Below are positions 48,136 through 57,923 of a stretch of 64,000 nucleotides of DNA, piece by piece. Position 1 is the first letter of the stretch. The number at the start of each line of letters is the position of its first letter. The notes under the pieces were generated by a model. The model worked only from the letters and a program-made list of their open reading frames with translations, had not been told where the DNA came from and did not search any database. The translations under genes and the position numbers were made by a program. Origin of the DNA: Halobacteriovoraceae bacterium (GTDB taxonomy: Bacteria; Bdellovibrionota; Bacteriovoracia; Bacteriovoracales; Bacteriovoracaceae); NCBI GenBank assembly GCA_963719505.1, contig CAVRCF010000005.1, positions 256,001 through 320,000 on the forward strand, read 5' to 3'.

Positions 48136-48489
48136 CTATGATATGGGAAACTTTGCTTCTAGATATTTGATAATATCACCGGACTCATACATCCATGTAT
48201 CACCAATTCTAAGACAGGGAACCATCGGGCTTCCCCCTTTTTCTAATAACTCTGATTTTACACTCTCATCCATATTGGCATTTTTTAATTCAATAGGAAG
48301 ATTGAGTTTTCTCATTGTCCTTCTTACTTTGATACAGAATGGACAGGCATTAAATTGATACAGGGAATAGTCTTGTAATTGTTGTTCGACTTCTTTTTGC
48401 TTCTCCGGACTTCTTTTCCCAAGACTTGGCTGAGTTAAAAAGTTCAAAGCTATGAGTATCTTGCCAACGATGTATCTAATTATTTTCAA
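48136..48489 (-). CDS. Glutaredoxin / GST N-terminal domain protein
   Basis: CPFC, VPCL and YESGDI. Confidence 0.88.
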   Translation of the reverse strand: MKIIRYIVGKILIALNFLTQPSLGKRSPEKQKEVEQQLQDYSLYQFNACPFCIKVRRTMRKLNLPIELKNANMDESVKSELLEKGGSPMVPCLRIGDTWMYESGDIIKYLEAKFPIS

Positions 48490-48518
48490 CTAAGTTCCTT
48501 TATAATGAGCTAAAAAGA

Positions 48519-49316
48519 TTATCTTTTTTTAAGCTCCATTGGTCTTTGAGGAAATCCATGTCCTAGGTCGTGATCCATATTCCATCTGTCGAGCATATAC
48601 TCTTGTCTCTCAACTCGGTAATGCTTAAGAGACTCGTCTAGACCATCAAGCTTTTTTTGAAGCTCAACTTGCAAAAGAAGATTCTCTTGTTTGGTTTCAA
48701 GCAGGTTATCGATCGCCAATTGTTTTTTTCTTCTAAGCGCATTAATCTGCTCATCATAATCGGCTGCTGTTTTCATTTTTTGTTGATCATACGTCCATAA
48801 AAAATGATTGATATTATTGAGTTGATTTAAAAAACCATCTTTTCTCAAAAGAAGAATTTCTCTGTATTTACTGGCTTCAAAAACTCTGGTGGCAAGCTCA
48901 TTTGATTCGAAGTTTAATTGCATGCCTCTTGGAAAGTATTTTCCACTTGGCCAACAAGAATCAAAGTCCTGAACATAAATGACAAAGTAGAAATCTTCGG
49001 TGTTTCTCACACTCGCGCGACATGGAATATTTGATTCATGTTGATTGACCGTAAAGTAAACCGAATCACCAGCTTTAAAAAATTTGGTGTTATTATTCTC
49101 TACTTTAACCTTGAGAATTCGCCCTGACTTATCTTTATCAGTTACCCTTCCCATGAATTTTTCGTAGTCAACTTTTGGATCTATAAAGGCATTATTCGGG
49201 GGATCGACCAAACCTTTATCCGGGAAATCAGGAACCGCTTGCACTGCAAAACAACTTCCTAAACTTAGAGAGAACAATCCTATTCCCATTAAAAACTTTT
49301 GGCCATAATCCTTCAT
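48519..49316 (-). CDS. Secreted hypothetical protein with coiled-coil C-terminus
   Basis: Signal peptide; 265 aa. Confidence 0.75.
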   Translation of the reverse strand: MKDYGQKFLMGIGLFSLSLGSCFAVQAVPDFPDKGLVDPPNNAFIDPKVDYEKFMGRVTDKDKSGRILKVKVENNNTKFFKAGDSVYFTVNQHESNIPCRASVRNTEDFYFVIYVQDFDSCWPSGKYFPRGMQLNFESNELATRVFEASKYREILLLRKDGFLNQLNNINHFLWTYDQQKMKTAADYDEQINALRRKKQLAIDNLLETKQENLLLQVELQKKLDGLDESLKHYRVERQEYMLDRWNMDHDLGHGFPQRPMELKKR

Positions 49317-49381
49317 ACCTCATATTATGACCCGAATTTTAAAATTACGCAAAAAATCATATCAATTTCAAGGAGAACCGC

Positions 49382-50026
49382 ATGGAATTTTTTATCGACA
49401 CAGGAAATATTGAAGAAATTAAAACGGCATATTCATGGGGATTCATTGATGGAGTGACCACGAACCCATCTTTAGTTGCTAAAGAGGGAATTGGACAGGA
49501 AGAACTTATCAAGATGATCGCTGAAATAGTTGATGGACCAATCTCTGCTGAGGTTATCTCTACAGATGCTCCAGGAATGTTAGCAGAAGCTACTGAACTG
49601 GCAAAAATTCACGAAAACGTTGTTATCAAGCTTCCTATGACAAAAGATGGGATGATTGCCTGCAAGGCTTTAAGCACTAAAGGGATCAAGACAAACGTAA
49701 CTTTGGTCTTCTCTGCCAACCAAGCTCTTCTCGCAGCTAAAAACGGTGCAACCTATGTTTCTCCGTTTATTGGAAGACTGGATGATATCGGTCAAACAGG
49801 AATTGAGCTTATTGGAGAAATTAGAGAGATTTTTGACAATTTTGGCTTCCCTACTAAGATACTTGCAGCCTCGATCAGACATATGGACCATGTAAAGCAA
49901 TCTGCTTTAGTTGGTAGTGATGTGGCAACTATTCCTTTCAAAGTTTTAAGTGCTTTGTTTAATCACCCACTTACGGACCGTGGTCTCGAGCAGTTTTTAG
50001 CAGATCATGCTAAGGCAAATAGATAA
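49382..50026 (+). CDS. tal: Transaldolase / fructose-6-phosphate aldolase family (short form)
   Basis: [24 protein letters not shown] and [11 protein letters not shown]. Confidence 0.92.
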   Translation: MEFFIDTGNIEEIKTAYSWGFIDGVTTNPSLVAKEGIGQEELIKMIAEIVDGPISAEVISTDAPGMLAEATELAKIHENVVIKLPMTKDGMIACKALSTKGIKTNVTLVFSANQALLAAKNGATYVSPFIGRLDDIGQTGIELIGEIREIFDNFGFPTKILAASIRHMDHVKQSALVGSDVATIPFKVLSALFNHPLTDRGLEQFLADHAKANR

Positions 50027-50056
50027 AATAAACTCAATAAATTTAAGAGCTTACCT

Positions 50057-50083
50057 GGCCTGCTGAAAATGCAGGCCTTTTTT
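50057..50083 (+). terminator. Intrinsic terminator
   Basis: GGCCTGC-N7-GCAGGCC followed by T6. Confidence 0.85.
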
Positions 50084-50181
50084 ATCCCCAAAAACAAAAC
50101 TTTTTACTCAAGTATTACGTGTAAGCGTCGATAATATACCTGAGCGTCTTGCTCAACAACCAAGACTCTCCAAGGGATAAA

Positions 50182-51015
50182 TTGAAAAAGCTAACGTTAT
50201 TTGCATTCTTGGTTGTGGGAACCATTGCATGCCAGCCACCGGCGACCGAGCTTGGTTCATCGAGGGGCTCTAGTGCCTCTGCACTTGCACCATCTTACTG
50301 GCCAGCTGGGCAATCAGCATTTCCATTAAATGTCAGACTATCAGAAGACTTTGCCTCAACCGAAGTTGATGCCATAAGAAACTCGGCTGATAATTGGTCA
50401 GGCGCCGTTGATAATAGAGTTACTTTTTTTAGAACGACATCAAGCACCGCTGAAAAGGGTGGAAGTTTAACGTCTTATAACGATGGTCTCTATGGTATTT
50501 ATAAACTCAATACATGGCCGTCGGAACTTCCGGGTTCAGCACTTGCTGTCACTCAAATCTTTGGGCTAAGAAAAAATATTGGCCAAAGCAATGAGGCCAT
50601 AGAAATAACTCATGCAGATATTCTTGTTAATTATGATAATTTTAGTTTTGCCTCCACCAACGGTGGGTCGGGTTACGATCTGGAAACGGTGGTTCTTCAC
50701 GAGTTTGGCCATTTTCTTGGACTGGGTCATGATTCAAGTAGTGTCTCATCTTCGGTTATGTATCCAACGATCTCAAGATACTCTCAAAGTAGAGTCCCTT
50801 TAAACAATGATATTTCGAATATCAAATCTCTCTATGGAATCTCTGGGGCGACTGAAGCGAATTCAGGGTTTAGGGGTATTGCTAGTGTGAGTGAAACACC
50901 TGAAAAAAGTTCTGATCCAGGTCAGCTGGTTGTTATTCAATTTGAAATAAATGCTGATGGATCTGAGAAGGTAAAAGTTGACGGTAAATATATAGAACAT
51001 AAATGTAAGCATTAA
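50182..51015 (+). CDS. Matrixin (M10) family metalloprotease lipoprotein
   Basis: HEFGHFLGLGH and Met-turn SVMYP; TTG start at 50182 gives lipobox TIAC. Confidence 0.88.
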   Translation: MKKLTLFAFLVVGTIACQPPATELGSSRGSSASALAPSYWPAGQSAFPLNVRLSEDFASTEVDAIRNSADNWSGAVDNRVTFFRTTSSTAEKGGSLTSYNDGLYGIYKLNTWPSELPGSALAVTQIFGLRKNIGQSNEAIEITHADILVNYDNFSFASTNGGSGYDLETVVLHEFGHFLGLGHDSSSVSSSVMYPTISRYSQSRVPLNNDISNIKSLYGISGATEANSGFRGIASVSETPEKSSDPGQLVVIQFEINADGSEKVKVDGKYIEHKCKH

Positions 51016-51056
51016 TCTTTGGTGAATTCGAAGAGCACCTCAGACAAGTGAACAAT

Positions 51057-51088
51057 AAAAAAGGGAAGTCACTCGCTTCCCTTTTTTT
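51057..51088. terminator. Intrinsic terminator with A- and T-tracts
   Basis: AAAAAAGGGAAG-tcactcg-CTTCCCTTTTTT. Confidence 0.85.
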
Positions 51089-51174
51089 ATTGGCATATCC
51101 AAAACCCTCCCCTTAAATCACCAAAGTAAAAACAAGTGCTTATCTAAAAACTAAAGAATACTTGAGCTTAAAGC

Positions 51175-51202
51175 TAAACTAAAAGAATGATGATGCCGAT
51201 AA
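51175..51202 (+). promoter_or_regulatory. Putative sigma28 promoter
   Basis: TAAA-N16-GCCGATAA. Confidence 0.6.
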
Positions 51203-51299
51203 AGTTAATGAAATATTAATACAGAGGGAAAAGTATGCTTGAGTTTAAGACTTACCAACTTATCGGGACATTTTGTATCGGTACAATCGAGCTTCAAAT

Positions 51300-52430
51300 A
51301 TGAAAGTGTGGATTCTCTTTTTTATCCTTTCGCTAAATATAAACGCTATGGTCTGCCAGGAAGGGATGCAAACGACTCAAGTCCTAGAGATAAGTGAGTT
51401 ACTAGAGCTTGCCACAAGTATCGAAAATCGACCCTTTGATCCCTGTGCTCAAACGACTGAGTCCCCTAAAACAAAACAACAACTTTGTTCAATGAAACCC
51501 AGGGACTTTCAAAGTCTGCTCTGTAGCAAAGAAGGAAAAATGGGCTTTGATAATGAAAAAGGACTTTTTGGACTGCCAACAGGAGTGTGTTGGTGGCATT
51601 CACGCTTTCATAGAAATGCAACTTATCTCGCTTATTACTCGCCTGAGAAGAAAAAACTCGATCCCGATAATAAAGAAGATAAAAAACAGCTAAAGAAAAT
51701 TATAAGAAATATCGCTCGTCGAAAAGAAATGGTTGAAATTCCGGGTTATAAATCAATTCGAGAGTTCACTTCAGACCCTAAAAACGAAAAGCTTATTCAA
51801 AGGTTTCTCCAAACCTGGATGGCTGAAGATAGTTTTTTGAAAATGAACTGGGTCAATGGTCTTATCATTCCAAAAAATTACACTCATAAATCCAAAGAAT
51901 TTTATATGCAACAAGGAAAATGGAGACGAAATCCAGAAAGAGACTTGGGTTCAGACAGATTAAATGAGCTTGCTCAAAATGCTTTTGAAAGACGAACCTA
52001 TGACACTGATGAGGAAGAAGAAAAAGCGAGACAAAAAACTCTTGAACACCAACAAAAACAAGTCGACACCCTTTTTGATAATGTCGTCAACCAAGAAGAG
52101 ATCAGCTTCATAACCTTGCAATACCCAGGAGTCACGGCCCACTCACAAATTGTCTTTGATGCAACAAAGTCCCTAAAGGATGGCAAGGCAGTTTATGACT
52201 TTAAAGTTCAAGACTCCAACTATCAAGGCGGACTTTTTGAAAATCCTTTTCAAAAAAATTCTTATTCACAAATTAGATATAATGATGGGATTTGGTATAA
52301 GAGGATAGATCCAGGAACTATGGAGGGAGCATCTTACACGCCAATAAACATAGCAGTTCACAACGACAGAAAGCTAAAAAGGATTCAAAAAGTGTTTAAA
52401 AGAGAGTGTAACAAAGAGCTCTTTAAATAA
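51300..52430 (+). CDS. Secreted protein with putative papain-like Cys-His-Asp triad
   Basis: Signal peptide; GVCWWHS, AHSQIV and VQDSN. Confidence 0.6.
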   Translation: MKVWILFFILSLNINAMVCQEGMQTTQVLEISELLELATSIENRPFDPCAQTTESPKTKQQLCSMKPRDFQSLLCSKEGKMGFDNEKGLFGLPTGVCWWHSRFHRNATYLAYYSPEKKKLDPDNKEDKKQLKKIIRNIARRKEMVEIPGYKSIREFTSDPKNEKLIQRFLQTWMAEDSFLKMNWVNGLIIPKNYTHKSKEFYMQQGKWRRNPERDLGSDRLNELAQNAFERRTYDTDEEEEKARQKTLEHQQKQVDTLFDNVVNQEEISFITLQYPGVTAHSQIVFDATKSLKDGKAVYDFKVQDSNYQGGLFENPFQKNSYSQIRYNDGIWYKRIDPGTMEGASYTPINIAVHNDRKLKRIQKVFKRECNKELFK

Positions 52431-52452
52431 AAAAGGGAAGCTCTCACTTCCC
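52429..52452 (-). terminator. Intrinsic terminator between convergent genes
   Basis: AAAAAAGGGAAG-ctctca-CTTCCC. Confidence 0.7.
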
Positions 52453-52460
52453 TGTTCTTA

Positions 52461-53900
52461 TTATTTCTTTTTCTTAGGATTTTTCTTGGTCGTCTTTTCT
52501 AATTTTTTATAAACCTTCTTCTTGGCGTCTTCTTTGGCCTTCATAATCGAATCAAGTTTTTGGGAAACGTCATCGAGCTCCTCGACAAGTTTCTTTTTAA
52601 TTTTTGCTGGACTCATTAAAATAGCTTCATACTCTTTGATTCTCGACTTATCGTCTTTAATCATAAGAGTTCGCTTCTCGACTTCTTCTTTAGTCATTCT
52701 ATAAATGGCCATGTCAGCAAGATATTCAGCATAAAGAAATTTCTTTTTTGATAGGTAATCAACATAAGATTTTCTATTGGCCTTCTTCTCAGCTTGGTTG
52801 TACTGCTTCTCTTTGATAAAGCGAATGATCTCGTTATTTTTATTGAGTCTTTCTTTGGCATCAATAACTAAAAGTTCGTAGCGTCTTTTAACGACGGCAA
52901 GTCTTTGATGAGTAAAAATCTCAATAATTTGTTCCGCACGATCCAGAACCTTAACCCCTCGCTCAGAAATAAGAGTGTAGTTAGGGACCTGACTGGCAAC
53001 GGTTCCCATCTCTTTTTTGACTTCCTCTAGAGTTGGTGTCTGCCCTCTTTTAAAGACAAGCTCTATATTGATATCGTTATCAACAGTTGAGTCGATATAA
53101 TCTTTAACAAAATCGTTGTCGATATGCTTATTTAAAAACTTATATATTTTTTTGGCGTCATAACCTCTAGGAAGCTCAGTGATAAAAATGGAATCACCTT
53201 TTTTCTCAAACCCCATATGGAAATAAATCTTTCCGCTTTTATCGACGTCAACTTTTTCTGAATAGTTTCTAATCCAAGGTTTAATTTTTTTAGGCTTACC
53301 AGTACTAATAACTTCTTTCATCGAAGCGATAATATCGTTGTGTTTAAAACTTGGAATAACTGAAGAAAACCCAGTTCCGATTCCTTCAGCACCATTGAGA
53401 AGCATGATGGGAAGCTTTGGCAAAAGCCCTAAAGGCTCCATGACTTTCTCATCGTAGTTGGGAACCATTGTCACTTGATTCATATCATCAAAGAGTAAAA
53501 CCTTTGCCACTTCTCCAAGCTTTGCTTCAATATATCTCGCGGCAGCAGCTTGAGTTTCCATTCGCTCTCCGAAGTATCCTTTCTTATCTATAAGAGGATA
53601 ATTATTAGAGAAGGTATAATCTTGGGCCATATTAACGATGGATGATTCAACTGATGCAGGCCCGTGAGGGTGAAGAGTTAAAACCAGTCCCGTCAATGAG
53701 GAGACCTTAACGAGTCCCTTTGATTGGTTTTTAAAAAGTGTATAAAGAATACGTCTTTGACTGGGTTTTAAACCATCTTGAAGATAAGGGATGGCCCGGT
53801 CCATAAGAGTATATATTTGATAAATCCTATATTCATCTTTAACTAGAGTTTCTAGAGGTACCGCTTCAAGAGAATGAAAGTAGGTCGTTTCTTCAATCAT
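52461..53900 (-). CDS. Type IIA topoisomerase A (cleavage) subunit, short and without beta-pinwheel CTD
   Basis: RAIP..QDGLKPSQRRIL, HPHG, catalytic AAARY and NGAEGIGTGF; only 479 aa. Confidence 0.92.
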   Translation of the reverse strand: MIEETTYFHSLEAVPLETLVKDEYRIYQIYTLMDRAIPYLQDGLKPSQRRILYTLFKNQSKGLVKVSSLTGLVLTLHPHGPASVESSIVNMAQDYTFSNNYPLIDKKGYFGERMETQAAAARYIEAKLGEVAKVLLFDDMNQVTMVPNYDEKVMEPLGLLPKLPIMLLNGAEGIGTGFSSVIPSFKHNDIIASMKEVISTGKPKKIKPWIRNYSEKVDVDKSGKIYFHMGFEKKGDSIFITELPRGYDAKKIYKFLNKHIDNDFVKDYIDSTVDNDINIELVFKRGQTPTLEEVKKEMGTVASQVPNYTLISERGVKVLDRAEQIIEIFTHQRLAVVKRRYELLVIDAKERLNKNNEIIRFIKEKQYNQAEKKANRKSYVDYLSKKKFLYAEYLADMAIYRMTKEEVEKRTLMIKDDKSRIKEYEAILMSPAKIKKKLVEELDDVSQKLDSIMKAKEDAKKKVYKKLEKTTKKNPKKKK

Positions 53901-55996
53901 TATTTTTTACTCGCTTTTTTCTTAGATTTTTTAGCTGTTTTCTTTGCTGCTTTTTTAGCTGTTTTCTTGGCCGCTGTCGTTGCTGTTTTCTTAGCAGCAG
54001 CTTTCGCTTTTGCTTGTCCAGTTGCCCCAATATCAACATTCACATCCTCGTCATCAATAAGAAGGTCTTTTCGAAGTTGAGTATCTTTTCCAAAACAGGT
54101 ATGAAGCATATGCTTGGCATCTTTTTTATCTTCGATAATAATTTTTGTGTAGTCACCGCGAGAGAGCACGTGTTTAAAGGCTTCGGGACTCATCTCCCCC
54201 AAACCTTTGTTTCGTTGGATCTCTCTAATTTTTATATTTCCCTTATTCTTAATGCTCTCGAGTTCACTTTCACTCTCAGCATAAATGGGACCTTTATCCG
54301 TAATAATCTCAAAGAGAGGAGCTTTTGCTAGTTGGATACATCCATTATCAAAAAGCTCAGGCCAATAGGTATAAAAGAAATTCGTTAAAAGTGTATTAAT
54401 ATGCCCACCATCAACATCTGAATCGGCGAAGAAAACAATTTTGGGATAGCGAAGTTTTTCAATCTCTGCTGGCTGCCCTAGAGTTAATCCAATACTGGCC
54501 ATAATGTCAGAGAATTCCTGATTCGCAAGAACATCTTTAATCGTCGCCTGGGTAACATTCATGGGCTTTCCACGAAGAGCAATCCCACCTTGATTGAGCT
54601 TATTTCGAGCGGAGCGAAGTCCACCAATAGCCGAATCCCCTTCACAGATAAATAAAGTACACTCGGATCGATCTTTTCTTTGGTTGGCATCCAAAAGTTT
54701 TTCTACTCTTTGCTTCTTTGCTTTTTTCGCCTGTTTACTTGCATCTTTTAAAACATCAAAGCGCTGTCTAGATTTCGCACGCTCCATAATATGCTCAAGA
54801 TATTCTTTATTTTTTCGAATAAATTTAGGCATATAATTATTCATAAAATCATCGATCGCTTTATCGAGATCTTTATCACGAACGAGCTTTCTTTTTGTTT
54901 GAGATTCAAACCTTGGGTTTGGCATAATCACACCAATAACAAAGGTCGTCCCCAAAAGAATATCGTTATCGACAAGATTGATCTTCGCTCGCTTAGCTTC
55001 TCGTTCGAGTTTATCTTTAATCATATTGATATAAAGTCTCTTAAATCTATCGTGATGATAACCACCATCAAAAGTAGGTGTTGAGTTTACAAAAGAGATA
55101 AATCTCTCTCTTTCTTCACTTTCGCGGTCGAGAACCACCGATAGCGACATATCGATTTTTGCTTTATACTTAACTTTTTTAAGGTTCACACCAGAGTAGA
55201 CAAATTTATCCTCTCCAATATTTTGTGCTTTATCATCGCCAATTCTCGCAGCGAGTTCATAAAGACCTTTTTTGAAAAGAAATGACTCTCCGTTAAAAGT
55301 AAATTTTAACCCCGGGTTATTGTAAGCTAAATCAATAATTCTCTTTCTTAAAAGATCCTTATCAATGGTGTTATTTTTATAAACTTCCTTTGCAAGGATG
55401 AGCTCAACTTTTACTCCAGACTTACCCTTAAAAGGTTTTGGTCTCGTTTTATTAATTTTATTTGCACCATCGATAAAAGTGTAAGTCTGCTCTTTTTTGG
55501 AATTGTGATGCTTAACAGTGACTTTAAAATTATCACTGGTTAGACAAGTAGCAGCAGCTCCCAGTCCATTTTGACCAAGTGTTCTAAAGAGAAATCCTTT
55601 GTCATCAACTTCCAAATCTTTAAATTTCGAGCCGGTTCTAAACTCTGAATAAACCATAGGCACTTTATCTAGGGGAAAGCCAATTCCATTATCTTCAACA
55701 ATAACAGTCATGCCATCGTCTTTGAGCGTGGTCTTAACCTCAGAGACATGACCCCGATAAAACTCATCAATACAGTTATCTAGAAGCTCTTCTATGGCCT
55801 TTGACTTTGCCTGATGAAATTGAACGGTTTTAAATTCAAGCGAATCTTCAGTATAGAGATAAGTATCGAGTTCTTCGACATCGTTACTTCCAAAAACCAA
55901 TGTTACCCTGTTTCTACAGTGCCACCTTTGATCTTTGGCCTCAATGACCGCTTCTTTCACTTTTTTTGAACGAGTAGACGCCTTTTTTGCACACAT
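53900..55996 (-). CDS. Type IIA topoisomerase B (GHKL ATPase/TOPRIM) subunit with Lys/Ala-rich tail
   Basis: ELLDNCIDE, DNGIG, GQNGLG, EGDSA, LRGK, DSDVDG and KGLGEM. Confidence 0.93.
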   Translation of the reverse strand: MCAKKASTRSKKVKEAVIEAKDQRWHCRNRVTLVFGSNDVEELDTYLYTEDSLEFKTVQFHQAKSKAIEELLDNCIDEFYRGHVSEVKTTLKDDGMTVIVEDNGIGFPLDKVPMVYSEFRTGSKFKDLEVDDKGFLFRTLGQNGLGAAATCLTSDNFKVTVKHHNSKKEQTYTFIDGANKINKTRPKPFKGKSGVKVELILAKEVYKNNTIDKDLLRKRIIDLAYNNPGLKFTFNGESFLFKKGLYELAARIGDDKAQNIGEDKFVYSGVNLKKVKYKAKIDMSLSVVLDRESEERERFISFVNSTPTFDGGYHHDRFKRLYINMIKDKLEREAKRAKINLVDNDILLGTTFVIGVIMPNPRFESQTKRKLVRDKDLDKAIDDFMNNYMPKFIRKNKEYLEHIMERAKSRQRFDVLKDASKQAKKAKKQRVEKLLDANQRKDRSECTLFICEGDSAIGGLRSARNKLNQGGIALRGKPMNVTQATIKDVLANQEFSDIMASIGLTLGQPAEIEKLRYPKIVFFADSDVDGGHINTLLTNFFYTYWPELFDNGCIQLAKAPLFEIITDKGPIYAESESELESIKNKGNIKIREIQRNKGLGEMSPEAFKHVLSRGDYTKIIIEDKKDAKHMLHTCFGKDTQLRKDLLIDDEDVNVDIGATGQAKAKAAAKKTATTAAKKTAKKAAKKTAKKSKKKASKK

Positions 55997-56071
55997 AGTT
56001 GAAGTCTTCCTTGGCTTTTTTATATACTTTCAGATATTTAGGTTAAGAGCATAAAATGAACGTGAAAAGTC

Positions 56072-56099
56072 TAACTGCGTTATGATTTTATGCCGATAA
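56072..56099 (+). promoter_or_regulatory. Putative sigma28 promoter
   Basis: TAAC-N16-GCCGATAA, ending 11 nt before ATG 56111. Confidence 0.55.
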
Positions 56100-56110
56100 G
56101 AATTAAGTCT

Positions 56111-56719
56111 ATGAAATTATTAATTAAAATTTTTATATTTAACCTTATCTTGACCTCCTCCACACTTATCGCTGGCGCTGAAGAGGAGAAAACTCTCGAG
56201 GGCTTTTACAAGGATAAGTGGAATCTAACCAAAACATCAATAGAATATCTCAAAAAAGGCGTAATTTTGGCAGAATCAAGCGTCACTAGTGCGGATAAAA
56301 AGCAGGATTTTTCTCTAAAAGCGGCTGCTGTTCACCCAAAAAACTGCACAAAAGTTCTCCGAAAGCTCTCGATGCTTGAAAATTATGATGAATGGATCTC
56401 TTTTATTAAGAAGTCTGACTACTCTGAAAAGAGAAAGCTAGCGACCATAAAAGCTGACCACGCCCTTCTTCCCTATCCGATGATCGTTCATGTCTTCGTG
56501 GAAAGGCCCACCAAACCTGGAATCTACCCCTTTAGCTTTCCAACCGGCCTTTTTAAAGGTCTTACTGGAACCTTTACCATTGATGAGCGTCAGGGAAAAT
56601 GCATGGTTTTCTCTAAAAGCCACTGGAGCGGAGAGAAACAACTTCCAGATTTTGCCGTCTCACTCTTTGCTGAAACTCTAACGAAGCTTGCCGGTCAGGT
56701 ATTGTTTAGAAAAATTTAA
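56111..56719 (+). CDS. Secreted hypothetical protein, possibly START/SRPBCC-like
   Basis: Signal peptide from ATG 56111; fold guess is weak. Confidence 0.65.
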   Translation: MKLLIKIFIFNLILTSSTLIAGAEEEKTLEGFYKDKWNLTKTSIEYLKKGVILAESSVTSADKKQDFSLKAAAVHPKNCTKVLRKLSMLENYDEWISFIKKSDYSEKRKLATIKADHALLPYPMIVHVFVERPTKPGIYPFSFPTGLFKGLTGTFTIDERQGKCMVFSKSHWSGEKQLPDFAVSLFAETLTKLAGQVLFRKI

Positions 56720-56768
56720 TTACTGCATTGTTTCTTTCTTTTTACGCTAAAGCACGTATATTCAACCC

Positions 56769-57206
56769 ATGGAAGTGAGACAAGTAGAAACAAAAGACAC
56801 GATGTATATAAGAAAACAAGTCCTCAGACCACAGGGAACTATGGAAGAGTGCATGTTTGAAGGTGATAGTAACGAGTCAACTTTTCACCTTGGCGCCTAT
56901 ATCGACGAACAGCTTGCCTCCGTAGCTTCATTCTACCTCGATAGTCATCCCAAAATTAGAGATACTTACCAATATAGATTAAGGGGAATGGCAACGCTTC
57001 CTGAGTTCCGCTCTCGCGGTTTAAGCCAAGCACTTTTGCAGACGGCTTTCCCTCTTATCAAACAAAATAATATCGAGACACTTTGGTGTAATGCACGGGT
57101 TTCGGCCCAAGGTTTTTATGAAAAAGTGGGCTTTGAGGTGGTAAGTGAGGTCTTTGATATCCCAAATATCGGCCCCCATGTGGTGATGATTAAACAGATC
57201 ACTTAA
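56769..57206 (+). CDS. GNAT-family acetyltransferase
   Basis: YRLRGMAT, FRSRGL and WCNAR..A.GFYEK.GF. Confidence 0.92.
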   Translation: MEVRQVETKDTMYIRKQVLRPQGTMEECMFEGDSNESTFHLGAYIDEQLASVASFYLDSHPKIRDTYQYRLRGMATLPEFRSRGLSQALLQTAFPLIKQNNIETLWCNARVSAQGFYEKVGFEVVSEVFDIPNIGPHVVMIKQIT

Positions 57207-57290
57207 AAAGCTTTTCCAAGTGTAAAATTTTCTAAAACCCTAGAACCCAAAAGCTCAAAGAGTTATCCTCTAGATCTCTAGGAGCTTTAT

Positions 57291-57920
57291 ATCTACCAAT
57301 CACTTCGAGTTTTTTTATTCATTTGTGCCTTTTTATCTCAGTTGGGATTTGTTCAAGCTCAAGACACCACCTTGGTCGATCTTCAAGATCACTTGGGATA
57401 CAGAAACTATAGCGAAGTCGCTACCCTTACCGAAGATGAGAATTGGGCCATAATGTCTTATGGCTTTACGGATGAAGTGGACTACCAAGATATCAATGGC
57501 TTTTTGAGATTTGGAGTAAACTATGACCTCTATAATCAAAGCGTCTCAAGTGTTACCAAGTTGATAGAACATATAAAAAGTGCAGCCGATAAGCTTCCTC
57601 GTATGCCAAAAAACTTGATCACTTATAGAGGGTTAAAACTAAAATGGAGAGAGGATAGATGTTTTATAAAAGGAGAGGTTCTGCAGGATCCCGCTTTTTT
57701 ATCCACCACCTTAAAATTGTCGACTGCCAGACATTTTGCCTTTTATAAACAAAGTGGCAAGGGTGCCCTTTTAACAATCAGTCTCTCCAATGAAAAAAGA
57801 GGGATTTTAATATCAGAAAATAATGAAAACGAAGTTCTCTTTATGCCAAACACAAGCCTAACTATCACTTCATCTTTTATTAAAAATGGTGAATGTTACG
57901 CCTTCGCCCACCTAGATTAG
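57291..57920 (+). CDS. ADP-ribosyltransferase, R-S-E (C3/VIP2-like) class, probably secreted
   Basis: TYRG, FLSTT and ENEVL. An in-frame signal peptide lies upstream of track start 57342 and begins at ATC 57291, after AGGAG. Confidence 0.75.
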   Translation: MYQSLRVFLFICAFLSQLGFVQAQDTTLVDLQDHLGYRNYSEVATLTEDENWAIMSYGFTDEVDYQDINGFLRFGVNYDLYNQSVSSVTKLIEHIKSAADKLPRMPKNLITYRGLKLKWREDRCFIKGEVLQDPAFLSTTLKLSTARHFAFYKQSGKGALLTISLSNEKRGILISENNENEVLFMPNTSLTITSSFIKNGECYAFAHLD

Positions 57921-57923
57921 GCC

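Noticed and set aside
52461-55996. Prophage origin of the topoisomerase region
   Set aside because: No phage structural, integrase or replication genes nearby.
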